Source of the DNA: Puniceicoccales bacterium
Lineage (GTDB): Bacteria; Verrucomicrobiota; Verrucomicrobiia; Opitutales; LL51
Direction: 5' to 3'
NCBI GenBank assembly: GCA_031278845.1
Contig: JAITJQ010000023.1
Span: 1-45,410, forward strand
DNA: 45,410 nt
Both the position numbers and the translations under genes were made by a program. Each line of letters begins with the position of its first letter. Position 1 is the first letter of the stretch. Positions 7,153 through 15,546 of this stretch are shown in pieces. The notes below the pieces were generated by a model. That model saw only the letters and a program-made list of their open reading frames with translations, made no database searches and had not been told where the DNA came from.

Positions 7153-8973
7153 ATGGATTATAAGATTATAAGTAAAATAATGAGTGGGATGTTTTTGATA
7201 ACGCCACTTGTATCAAATGCCTGGGATAAGGTGATTTATCGTGATGATGTCATTGGGCCAGTGCTCTACACCCAGGAAGATAGTACTGCAATTGATTTGC
7301 AACTACGCGGTGTGCCTGCTGCGTCTGCTGCGTCTGCTGCGCCGTCTGCTGCGCCGCCTGCTGCGCCGCCTGCTGTGCCGCCTGCGTATACTAAGGCTGC
7401 ATATACAGGGATGGGCCTATGCCCTTTGCGGGATGTGCACGACAAAGCGACCATTTTCATTAATGCTGGTGCTAATCCTTTTGCTAGAACAAAAGGAGCG
7501 CATCTGGCAACTAACGATTATTGGCCCTATGAGTTAGTGTCGAACGGGCAAACATATAAATCAGCATCGCGGGCCTTTACTGAGAGATACACTCTTCCAG
7601 GGGTACCGATGTTTGTGCCGGCATATCCTCTTGCTAAGAATTTTTATTGGTATCCCGGGAAGGCCCCTGTTCCTCCTGCTGTTCCTGCTTCAAATTTTAG
7701 CGACTGTGGTCATGATAAGCAGGGTACTGAGGTTTTGAATTTTGGCGGCAATCTGTTGGCCTGCATCTCCATTGATACCCCGCCCCCCCCGGGAACGCCG
7801 CCAAAGCATCGATCGATTATGATTTACCGTTACAATGAAAATAACAGGTGGTTTTTATTCCCTGCGCCTGCGGCGATACAATATTGTGAGCTGAAGGATA
7901 ACAAGAGTGTGGATATTGAAGTTTTTACTAATAATGGTGAAGATTTCGTAGGGGGTCTAAGCGCCAACGATCAATTTAAGTATATAGGAGTTTATAATAA
8001 CAAATCAGGAACCGATAAAAAATTCCCGGCAATGACTGTGGCAGGTGATTCTACTGTTGTTCCTCCTCAGAAAGACCACGCTTTGTCAGCTTATGCAAGC
8101 CAGGGGTGGGCGAAATGCCCTGGAGGGCACTCAATGAGCTCCTACTACGGTCTTCCGGGAATAGCAATCAAGAACACGGATAACAGTAATTTTATTAAAA
8201 ACAAGATAGCGTGCAAGGGTCATGAGTTTATTGTGTATAATTTCTTTTTGAATGAACGATTGACAACTGAATTTCAAAATGCGTTATTTAAAGAGAGAAC
8301 TAATGGTTGCACAGGGATTGACGGTTGCACAGGGATTGACGGTTGCAATACTACAGGGTATGGCGACCTAGCCTCCTTATACGAAAAATTAAGATTGTTA
8401 GTATTGCAAAAAAACGTCTTATGGGGAAAACGCGAGGAGAAAGATCCAGATCGGACCAGTTCCGATTACATCAAAGACAAAGAGAAAAAAGATCAGGATG
8501 TTGGATTTATACGTGATATTCTAGCAGCCATATATGATATAGGTATACAAGAGCAAAAATCACAGATCAATTATTTAAATGGGGTGATTGATGCGACGCT
8601 CCGTCTCGAGCCACATAGACTTTTTGATCCATCATTACCATTGGGAAAAAAATCGGATGGTACTTCTCCGGGTAAAAGTTCTTCGAGTAAAAGTTCTCCG
8701 GATGATAGTTCTTCGGATGATAGTTCTCCGAGTAAAAGTTCTCCGGATAGACCTCCTCCTTTCGCTTCCACGGCCGCTTCGAAGAAAGCTGCTGAGCGAG
8801 AAAGGGCCAGGAAGAGAGAAGCTGCTGAGCTAAAAAGGATCGGGGAGATAGATGGTGAAAAGATACTGAAAAAGCCACTCACTTCCGAGGAACGGAAGGC
8901 AATAGATGAAAGAATAAAGAGGAGCAAGAGGGCAATATCTCGTTTAAATCGTCGCCCTCCCGCCAAGTCGTAA
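7153..8973 (+). CDS. Secreted hypothetical protein with Ala/Pro, GCTGID and Ser/Pro tandem repeats and a basic C-terminal tail
   Basis: The 606-aa ORF follows the RBS-like aaaggaaaaat. The signal-like N-terminus is MSGMFLITPLVSNA. Repeats are AASAASAAPSAAPPAAPPAVPPA, GCTGIDGCTGIDGC and SSSSKSSPDDSSSDDSSPSKSSPD. The C-terminus is Lys/Arg-rich (KKAAERERARKREAAELKR...KRSKRAISRLNRRPPAKS). I recognise no family. Confidence 0.75.
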   Translation: MDYKIISKIMSGMFLITPLVSNAWDKVIYRDDVIGPVLYTQEDSTAIDLQLRGVPAASAASAAPSAAPPAAPPAVPPAYTKAAYTGMGLCPLRDVHDKATIFINAGANPFARTKGAHLATNDYWPYELVSNGQTYKSASRAFTERYTLPGVPMFVPAYPLAKNFYWYPGKAPVPPAVPASNFSDCGHDKQGTEVLNFGGNLLACISIDTPPPPGTPPKHRSIMIYRYNENNRWFLFPAPAAIQYCELKDNKSVDIEVFTNNGEDFVGGLSANDQFKYIGVYNNKSGTDKKFPAMTVAGDSTVVPPQKDHALSAYASQGWAKCPGGHSMSSYYGLPGIAIKNTDNSNFIKNKIACKGHEFIVYNFFLNERLTTEFQNALFKERTNGCTGIDGCTGIDGCNTTGYGDLASLYEKLRLLVLQKNVLWGKREEKDPDRTSSDYIKDKEKKDQDVGFIRDILAAIYDIGIQEQKSQINYLNGVIDATLRLEPHRLFDPSLPLGKKSDGTSPGKSSSSKSSPDDSSSDDSSPSKSSPDRPPPFASTAASKKAAERERARKREAAELKRIGEIDGEKILKKPLTSEERKAIDERIKRSKRAISRLNRRPPAKS

Positions 8974-9033
8974 AAATAAGAAGCATCGGGGGGGCATCCT
9001 CCACTTCATTGAAAAAATCTAAACTATTCCAAC

Positions 9034-9063
9034 AAAGGGCTTTTGAATCACCAAAAGCCCTTT
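9034..9063 (+). terminator. Stem-loop terminator candidate after the 606-aa gene
   Basis: AAAGGGCTTTTG aatcac CAAAAGCCCTTT forms a 12-bp perfect stem. It is followed by ctctattcc, which is only a weak T-tract. Confidence 0.5.
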
Positions 9064-9253
9064 CTCTATTCCTATTCGAAAATCCTAAACGCTTGCAATG
9101 AATCCCAATCCCTCCGAATAAACTTGACTCCCCATAACATCGCGCAATCTCCATCCCCATGTGGCCTACGATTATCAAATATTGCTGCGAATGTAACCGT
9201 TGCCCCAAAAATAATCGGGAAAATAACCCCCTCCCATCGATCACCCCTCCGGA

Positions 9254-9925
9254 ATGACCATAGACCTCCTTTCCCTTTTCCCAGAAATGATCGACGGATT
9301 CCTGCAAACATCGATCATCGCCCGGGCCCAAAAAAATCAACTCCTCCATTGCCGTACCCATAACCTCCGCCAGTGGTCCACCGGTAAACACCGGAAAGTC
9401 GACGATCGACCCTTCGGCGGCGGCGCCGGAATGGTCATCCAACCGGATCCCCTCGCCCGGGCTATCAAAAATCTGAAAACAGAACAATCCTCCACCATTT
9501 ACCTCTGCCCAGACGGTACCCCATTTACAACTGCTATCGCCCAACGATTCGCCCAACAATCACACCTTATCCTCGTCTCCGGCCATTACGAGGGGATCGA
9601 TCAACGCATCCGCGATCGATATGTCGATTGGGAAATTTCCATCGGAGACTACGTCCTAACCAATGGTACCCTGGCTGCCGCAGTCGTTATCGATGCGATT
9701 TGCCGCCATATCCCCGGCGTTTTAGGTAACGCGGCTTCCCTGAAACAGGATTCCTTTAGCGACGGATTACTCTCCCCCCCACAGTACACCCAGCCAAGAA
9801 TCTTCGAGGGTATGGAAGTCCCCGATGTACTGTTGAGCGGTAACCACGCCGCCATTGACCAGTGGCGCCAACGACAACGTCTCGAACGTACCCGTCAAAA
9901 AAGACCCGACCTGCTCAATGGGTAG
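9254..9925 (+). CDS. trmD: tRNA (guanine37-N1)-methyltransferase
   Basis: The 223-aa ORF has the TrmD pattern: IDLLSLFPEM, DDRPFGGGAGMV, LVSGHYEGIDQRI, ISIGDYVLTNG and LLSGNHAAIDQWR. Confidence 0.9.
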   Translation: MTIDLLSLFPEMIDGFLQTSIIARAQKNQLLHCRTHNLRQWSTGKHRKVDDRPFGGGAGMVIQPDPLARAIKNLKTEQSSTIYLCPDGTPFTTAIAQRFAQQSHLILVSGHYEGIDQRIRDRYVDWEISIGDYVLTNGTLAAAVVIDAICRHIPGVLGNAASLKQDSFSDGLLSPPQYTQPRIFEGMEVPDVLLSGNHAAIDQWRQRQRLERTRQKRPDLLNG

Positions 9926-9987
9926 TGTTGTTTAAGAAAATGTTTGACTCCTGTCTTTCATTTTTCAATTATAGCAAATAGACAGGT

Positions 9988-10338
9988 ATGAATCCAATTA
10001 TTCAAGATATCACCGCGAAACAACTGGTTATCAATCGCGACAATTTTAAGGTTGGCGACGGAGTGAAGGTCCACGTCAAGGTCCGCGAAGGCGATAAGGA
10101 ACGCATTCAGATTTTTTCCGGTATCGTCATCGCTAAAAAACATTCCGGGATTACCGCTTCGTTTACCGTCCGCCGCGTAATTGCCGGTGAGGGTGTCGAG
10201 CGTGTCTTCCCGCTCCATTCGCCTAGCATTGCCCAAATCGAAGTCGAACGGGTCAGTGTTCCCATGCGCGCCAAACTCTACTATATCCGTAAACGCATCG
10301 GAAAGGAAGCGATGAAGGTGAAGGAAAGAAGGCGCTAG
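9988..10338 (+). CDS. rplS: 50S ribosomal protein L19
   Basis: The 116-aa ORF has FKVGDGVKVHVKVREGDKERIQIFSGIVIAKK and RVFPLHSPSIAQIEV. The trmD-rplS order is canonical. Confidence 0.95.
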   Translation: MNPIIQDITAKQLVINRDNFKVGDGVKVHVKVREGDKERIQIFSGIVIAKKHSGITASFTVRRVIAGEGVERVFPLHSPSIAQIEVERVSVPMRAKLYYIRKRIGKEAMKVKERRR

Positions 10339-10346
10339 TTTATACC

Positions 10347-10721
10347 ATGCTCGAGGAAATTGTTAAATCGGTAGTTTTTATTGCCCTACTCGCTTTGGGC
10401 GGATATTTTTTTGTGCTCTTCCGCCGAAAGGGTTGGTTTTTCCCGCAGATGGCTAGTGGTGATCGCTCCAGCCCCGACCACCTCTGCGTAACCGAACGCC
10501 TATCCATTGGGGGACGCCATTACGTTGCCGTTATCCAGTGTAACGGACAGAAGTTTCTCATAGGTGTTTCGCCCAATTCGATCACATCACTCGGTGTATT
10601 GCGCCCATACCGCAGGGAGAATACCAATAGATTCCGCAGTGAAAGTTTTGTCCATTGGGAGAATAATCGGTCGGCGAAGGAGCATGATATTCCGATGCAG
10701 GAGGTGTTGAATCGCCCGTGA
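10347..10721 (+). CDS. FliO-like single-pass membrane protein (tentative)
   Basis: The 124-aa ORF starts 8 nt after the rplS stop. It has one TM helix (VVFIALLALGGYFFVLF). The following LCVTERLSIGGRHYVAVIQCNGQKFLIGVSPNSITSL lines up with the conserved core of E. coli FliO as I recall it (LKISASASLGARERVVVVDVEDARLVLGVTAGQINLL). This is a memory-based assignment and needs an HMM check. Confidence 0.5.
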   Translation: MLEEIVKSVVFIALLALGGYFFVLFRRKGWFFPQMASGDRSSPDHLCVTERLSIGGRHYVAVIQCNGQKFLIGVSPNSITSLGVLRPYRRENTNRFRSESFVHWENNRSAKEHDIPMQEVLNRP

Positions 10722-10733
10722 CGCTGTATCCCT

Positions 10734-11612
10734 ATGGTGTCAATTATCGAACTGCTTGCGGAAGGGGTGAGCTTTCTGTATTCCAACGATATCGAGGGAT
10801 CAAAAAATGACGCGGAATGGCTCTTGGCCCATGTTTTGAATTGTTCGCGGCTGACGTTAAATTTAAATGGACAGACAACGATCAGTAAGGAGTCCGAAAC
10901 GCAGTTTCGAGAGCAATTGCTCCGGCGTGCTCGACGGGAACCGTTACAATATATTTTGGGCAAAGTCGATTTCCACGATATAAAATTAAAGGTCGATGCC
11001 CGCGTTTTCATTCCACGCGGAGAAACGGAAATACTTGTCGAATGGCTGATCAATCATATCAATAAATGCATGGGGAATACCTTTTCCGATGGGGAAAATT
11101 TTCCGTCCCTGAATATTCTGGACCTGGGAACGGGAAGTGGTGCGATCGCGATTGCCTTAGCGAAACGTTTCCCGAAGAGTTGCGTATTTGCCGTCGATCG
11201 ATCACCACTGGCGCTAGAGGTTACCCGCGAAAATATGCGGCGTAATGGCGTAAATAACTTGCAACTCTTCACATCGAATTGGTACAGCGCTTTCGAAGGC
11301 GATCAGGAACTGTTCGACATCATCGTTTCCAATCCTCCCTATTTGACGCGCCAGGAGTTTGATACGGCCCAGGACGAAGTGCGTCGCTATGAACCCGTTT
11401 CGGCACTCGTTGCCGAAGAAGAGGGTCTTCGAGATATCAGAATAATTCTCGATGGAGCCCAAAGATTTCTCAAAAAAGATGGTGTTGCCGCCGTTGAAAC
11501 GGGTATTTTACATCCCCAACGACTCCAAAAGATATATGGAAAACGTTTTAGGCAAACGGAAATTTTAAAGGACTTGAATCAGTTTGATCGTTTTTTTATC
11601 GCCTACCGTTGA
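10734..11612 (+). CDS. prmC: Release-factor glutamine N5-methyltransferase
   Basis: The 292-aa ORF has EPLQYILGKVDF, the SAM-binding motif ILDLGTGSGAIA and the catalytic motif VSNPPY. Confidence 0.9.
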   Translation: MVSIIELLAEGVSFLYSNDIEGSKNDAEWLLAHVLNCSRLTLNLNGQTTISKESETQFREQLLRRARREPLQYILGKVDFHDIKLKVDARVFIPRGETEILVEWLINHINKCMGNTFSDGENFPSLNILDLGTGSGAIAIALAKRFPKSCVFAVDRSPLALEVTRENMRRNGVNNLQLFTSNWYSAFEGDQELFDIIVSNPPYLTRQEFDTAQDEVRRYEPVSALVAEEEGLRDIRIILDGAQRFLKKDGVAAVETGILHPQRLQKIYGKRFRQTEILKDLNQFDRFFIAYR

Positions 11613-11668
11613 AGTTTAAGGGCTTGCTATTTGCTAAATTTTGAATAAAAGGACAACGGCTAGAGAGT

Positions 11669-11938
11669 ATGGATCAGAATTTTATTATTAGTATCACGGA
11701 GCAGGCAATGATACTCATTCTCATGCTATCGATGCCGCCGATTTTAGTGGCGACCTGTGTAGGACTAATAACGAGTTTGTTACAGGCTCTCACGCAGATT
11801 CAGGAACAAACGCTGGGGTTTGCTATCAAATTATTCTTTACCGTTACGGTTTTGATGCTATCGGCGTACTGGATCGGAGATGAGTTACTTGCATTTGCCA
11901 ATAGTTTATTTACTAATTTCCCAACAATTATTCACTAA
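11669..11938 (+). CDS. sctS: Type III secretion export apparatus protein SctS (YscS/FliQ family)
   Basis: The 89-aa ORF has two TM segments. LSMPPILVATCVGLITSLLQALTQIQEQTLGFAIKL closely matches the YscS-type signature QALTQIQEQTL. It matches less well to flagellar FliQ (QAATQINEMTL), both as recalled. Confidence 0.9.
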   Translation: MDQNFIISITEQAMILILMLSMPPILVATCVGLITSLLQALTQIQEQTLGFAIKLFFTVTVLMLSAYWIGDELLAFANSLFTNFPTIIH

Positions 11939-12726
11939 TGGAAACGGGATTAGAGCAGGTAACATCGATTTTATTCTTAATGATGATGTGTATCATCCGT
12001 TTAGCGGCGGCGTTATCATTGACGCCGGTATTCGCTAAACAATACATCATGGGGACAGGGCGTAACGTTGTGATTTTCGCCATGGCCTTACCTCTTTTCC
12101 ACGTCGTGTATCCGACCCTACCGACGACACAACTTCCGCTGCTCATTCTTTTTGTAACGATTTGTAAGGAGGTTATTATTGGTGCGATGTTGGGTTATTT
12201 ATCGGGATTTATTTTTTATGTTACGGATAGTGTTGGGTTTATTATTGACATTCAGCGTGGATCGTCGCAGGCCATGACATTTGATCCCATTGCTGGTTCT
12301 CAGACGTCGCTTTTGGGTAGTTTTTTGACCCAGATGATTGCGACGCTATTTTTTACGATGGGGGGTTTTTTATTTTTTCTCGGCGTGATTTATAAGACCT
12401 ATGTTGTCTGGCCTGTTTTTACGTTTTTTCCCTCCTTCAACGTCAATTTTCCAGCATTTATGATGTCATTTGCGGATGAGATTATGGAGGCAGTTTTTTG
12501 TTTTTCGGCGCCGATTTTAATCGTATTATTTCTTGCGGAGTTTGGGTTAGGGATGATCAGCCGTTTTGCGCCGCAACTAAATGTATTTTTTATGGCGATG
12601 CCGGTTAAGAGTTGGCTATCGGTGTTTTTTTTACTATTTTATTTTTCTCTGCTGGGGAAATTATTTCACTACCATTTTTTCACGCAGAGTAAATTATCAT
12701 TTTTCGTTGATCATTTTCTGAAATAG
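11938..12726 (+). CDS. sctT: Type III secretion export apparatus protein SctT (YscT/FliR family)
   Basis: The 262-aa ORF is a polytopic membrane protein. Its ATG overlaps the sctS stop (TAATG). Its position between sctS and sctU and its size fit the SctT/FliR family. Confidence 0.8.
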   Translation: METGLEQVTSILFLMMMCIIRLAAALSLTPVFAKQYIMGTGRNVVIFAMALPLFHVVYPTLPTTQLPLLILFVTICKEVIIGAMLGYLSGFIFYVTDSVGFIIDIQRGSSQAMTFDPIAGSQTSLLGSFLTQMIATLFFTMGGFLFFLGVIYKTYVVWPVFTFFPSFNVNFPAFMMSFADEIMEAVFCFSAPILIVLFLAEFGLGMISRFAPQLNVFFMAMPVKSWLSVFFLLFYFSLLGKLFHYHFFTQSKLSFFVDHFLK

Positions 12727-12755
12727 AGGTAATAGGGAGAGGAAGGGATAGCTAA

Positions 12756-13835
12756 ATGAGTGAGAAGACCGAGGAACCGACACCGAAGCGTATACGCGAT
12801 GCGCGCAACAAGGGAAATATTGCTAAGAGTCAGGACGTCAATTCGACGCTTACCCTAATCGGTGCCTTTTGCTATGTTGGGCTAGGCTGGAACCAGCATT
12901 TAGATAATATTTCGGAGATGATTTTAATTCCGACTCAATTTATTGGGCGGTGTAAAGATTTAAGTGGTTATACGGGGCAGGCACTTTGGAGTGTTTTGGT
13001 GAAGACGGGTAATATTGTTTTCCCGGCGATTTTCGTCGTTGCGCTGATGGGGATCATTGGAAATTTTGCGCAGGTGGGGATTTTATTTACGACGAAAACG
13101 ATACAACCTGATCTCAATAAAATCAATCCCATGTCGAAGGCGCAGCAGATGTTTTCCATGAAAACCATCGTCGAGCTACTGAAATCGACGGTAAAAATTC
13201 TTTTTTTAGGTTTTCTATTGATTGGTGTTGTAAAAGATGTATTTGACGATTTAATTTTGCTACCGTTTTGTAAGCTATCGGGTGTATTGAGCATCCTCGG
13301 TCCTATTATGACTAATTTTGCAAAGATGGTCATTTTCGCGTATATTGCGATGGCGGCTCTCGATTACTCCTATCAGAAATATAAGTGGAAAGAGGGGCTC
13401 AAAATGAGTAAGGATGAGGTCAAGCGGGAGTATAAGGAATCCGAGGGTGACGGGCAAATTAAGAGTAAGCGCAAGCAAATTCACAAGGAAATGATGGAAG
13501 AGGATCCGCAGCAGAAAACGAAGCAGTCTTCGGCCCTAGTAACCAATCCGGAGCACATTGCGATTGCGTTGCTTTACGATTTCGAGCGTCCTGTTTTTCC
13601 GTTACCGATCGTAACTGCGAAGGGGGTAGGTATCATTGCGGAGCAGATGATAGCGGTTGCGAAAAAGGAAGGGATACCGATTATGCGCAATGTACCTTTA
13701 GCGCACGCGTTATTGGATACGGCAAATGTTATGGAGTACATTCCCACGGAGTTAATGGCGCCGGTTGCGGAAGTTTTACGTTGGGTTAAGGACATGAAGG
13801 ACGAGCAAGCCCGAGGGAATGCGGCGTTTGTCTGA
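12756..13835 (+). CDS. sctU: Type III secretion substrate-specificity switch protein SctU (YscU/FlhB family)
   Basis: The 359-aa ORF has the N-terminus MSEKTEEPTPKRIRDARNKGNIAKSQDV and four TM segments. It also has KMSKDEVKREYKESEGDGQIKSKRKQIHKEM, the autocleavage-site position reading NPEH, and PLAHALL...APVAEVLRWV. It is collinear with YscU as I recall it. Confidence 0.9.
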   Translation: MSEKTEEPTPKRIRDARNKGNIAKSQDVNSTLTLIGAFCYVGLGWNQHLDNISEMILIPTQFIGRCKDLSGYTGQALWSVLVKTGNIVFPAIFVVALMGIIGNFAQVGILFTTKTIQPDLNKINPMSKAQQMFSMKTIVELLKSTVKILFLGFLLIGVVKDVFDDLILLPFCKLSGVLSILGPIMTNFAKMVIFAYIAMAALDYSYQKYKWKEGLKMSKDEVKREYKESEGDGQIKSKRKQIHKEMMEEDPQQKTKQSSALVTNPEHIAIALLYDFERPVFPLPIVTAKGVGIIAEQMIAVAKKEGIPIMRNVPLAHALLDTANVMEYIPTELMAPVAEVLRWVKDMKDEQARGNAAFV

Positions 13836-13846
13836 ATAGATGTGAG

Positions 13847-13960
13847 AGGAGTATGCTTTGGGGTTCTTACTCGGACGCTCTATGGTACTCTCTGTTGCAT
13901 CTATAATGAGCGATTCTAGCCCATCTGGTTTAACCCAGTTCTCTTGGGGAGCTTCATACC
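13847..13960 (-). pseudogene. Short DDE-transposase-derived fragment (IS5/DDE_Tnp_4-like), copy 1
   Basis: The reverse strand reads APQENWVKPDGLESLIIDATESTIERPSKNPKAY, resembling the IDATE..I.RP region of DDE_Tnp_4 transposases as I recall them. About 105 nt are nearly identical to 34632-34735. There is no start codon and no intact ORF. Confidence 0.45.
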
Positions 13961-14098
13961 CGGAGAGAGGATAGGCTCAACTTCCCCACGAGAAAACAAC
14001 CACCAAGCATATGTTAGAGCTCTAGAACTATTCAGACGATACCGATCACACCTATTTAGATAGTAAAATTTAAACCTGAATAATTAGATAAAAAAGCG

Positions 14099-14126
14099 AA
14101 AGCACTTCCCGAAAGAGGTGCTTTTT
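14099..14126 (+). terminator. Rho-independent terminator module at the start of the ankyrin array unit
   Basis: AAAGCACTTC ccgaaa GAGGTGCTTT is followed by TTT. The same module follows ankyrin paralogs A and B (15354, 17041). Confidence 0.55.
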
Positions 14127-14212
14127 GGCTCTACAATTTACATGTCGCTTCACTTTCTGAAAAATTCCTCGAAAATAATTTTGAGTTCAATAAATGTTAT
14201 ATTAATATAATA

Positions 14213-14240
14213 TTGACAGCCTAGAAGCTTCACCTAATAT
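14213..14240 (+). promoter_or_regulatory. Sigma70-like promoter of ankyrin paralog A
   Basis: TTGACA (14213-14218), a 16-nt spacer and TAATAT (14235-14240) lie about 50 nt upstream of the start codon. Confidence 0.55.
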
Positions 14241-14291
14241 TATGTAAATATTTAACGCCTGTTACGTTAGATACAAAAAGAAAGGTTTAAT

Positions 14292-15320
14292 GTGAATAAA
14301 AGTTATAATATAAAAAATAAATTCCTGAAAAATATTGTACTCGGGAGCTTCCTATTTAGCAGTTTCGCGGGTACCTCTTCTCAACTCCAGGCCGCTCCTA
14401 TCCACGGTAGGGCAGCCCGAGGAGATGTTGTAGGGATACAACAATTGCTTAATGGGGGTGCTAATCCAAACCAAAGAGACGAGCATGGACAGACACCACT
14501 ACATTTCGCAAATACCCCAGATGTAATTGATATCCTGTGCGACTGGGGCGCCGATCCCAACGTAGCCAATAACTTTGGTTATACACCATTGCATTACAAA
14601 GTACGTGTCCTATTTGAGCCACACCTAAATGACCTAACACGCCCACAAAATAACAAAAGAAAAATACAATCACTGTTATCATGTATTAAACAATTACTAA
14701 GAAGAGGCGCCGATAAAAAGAAAATAAACAATGCAGGCTATTCCCCTGAATCAATTGTAGAGCAAGCATTTCAAACCAATGTGTTTTATGATGGCAATAC
14801 CCGTTATAATGTAAGCAGTAATGCGCTCCAAGCATGCATCGAAATCCGAGGATTATTCCCTAAATCGATTTATGATGCGGTGGCCGATAACGACATAATA
14901 GAAGCAAGACAGCTACTTGCTGCGGGTGTAGATCCCAATGGAATAAATCGGTTCGGATATGCACCACTGCATTACGCAACAACCCCAGAGATGGTTGAAC
15001 TATTGTGCAACGCAGGAGCCAATATCAATGGCCCCGATCAATGGGGCAACACTCCATTACATAGTGCTGTAGCCATCATCAATCCAAATTTAGAACTCAT
15101 AAGAAAATTATTGCAAAAAGGTGCTAGAATAGACATACCAAACCAACAAGGCGAAACTCCATTGTCAAAAGTAAAACGGACAATTCAAACTGGTGTAGTT
15201 ACCTATAGCCGATCTCATTTGGGCCTAATTACCATAGGGGAAGACGTCGCACCCCAAACATTTATTAGGGTTCAAGACTTATTCTGCTCATTCTCCCCAT
15301 CCCGATATAATATACAATAA
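14292..15320 (+). CDS. Ankyrin-repeat protein, family paralog A (two modules), Sec-type leader
   Basis: The 342-aa ORF has a GTG start after aaagaaaggtttaat. The leader is MNKSYNIKNKFLKNIVLGSFLFSSFAGTSSQLQA/AP. ANK units include GQTPLHFANTPDVIDILCDWGADPN and GYAPLHYATTPEMVELLCNAGANIN. Confidence 0.85.
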   Translation: MNKSYNIKNKFLKNIVLGSFLFSSFAGTSSQLQAAPIHGRAARGDVVGIQQLLNGGANPNQRDEHGQTPLHFANTPDVIDILCDWGADPNVANNFGYTPLHYKVRVLFEPHLNDLTRPQNNKRKIQSLLSCIKQLLRRGADKKKINNAGYSPESIVEQAFQTNVFYDGNTRYNVSSNALQACIEIRGLFPKSIYDAVADNDIIEARQLLAAGVDPNGINRFGYAPLHYATTPEMVELLCNAGANINGPDQWGNTPLHSAVAIINPNLELIRKLLQKGARIDIPNQQGETPLSKVKRTIQTGVVTYSRSHLGLITIGEDVAPQTFIRVQDLFCSFSPSRYNIQ

Positions 15321-15353
15321 AAATTACACTTAAATAATTAAATAAAACAAGCA

Positions 15354-15381
15354 AAAGCACTTCCAGGGAGAGGTGCTTTTT
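15354..15381 (+). terminator. Rho-independent terminator after paralog A
   Basis: AAAGCACTTC caggga GAGGTGCTTT is followed by TT. Confidence 0.6.
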
Positions 15382-15467
15382 GGCTCTACAATTTACATAT
15401 CGCTTCACTTTCTGAAAAATTCCTCGAAAATAATTTTGAGTTCAATAAATGTTATATTAATATAATA

Positions 15468-15495
15468 TTGACAGTCTAGAAACTTCACCTAATAT
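15468..15495 (+). promoter_or_regulatory. Sigma70-like promoter of ankyrin paralog B
   Basis: TTGACA (15468-15473), a 16-nt spacer and TAATAT (15490-15495). This is a near-identical copy of 14213-14240. Confidence 0.55.
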
Positions 15496-15546
15496 TATGT
15501 AAGTATTTAACGCATGTTGCGTTAGATACAAAAAGAAAGGTTTAAT

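Noticed and set aside
9064-9253. A C-rich, G-poor 190-nt stretch upstream of trmD might be a structured leader or an rpsP/rimM remnant.
   Set aside because: I found no convincing stems and no translated similarity to S16 or RimM. The strand bias matches that of the neighbouring coding sequence, so I could not support any feature.
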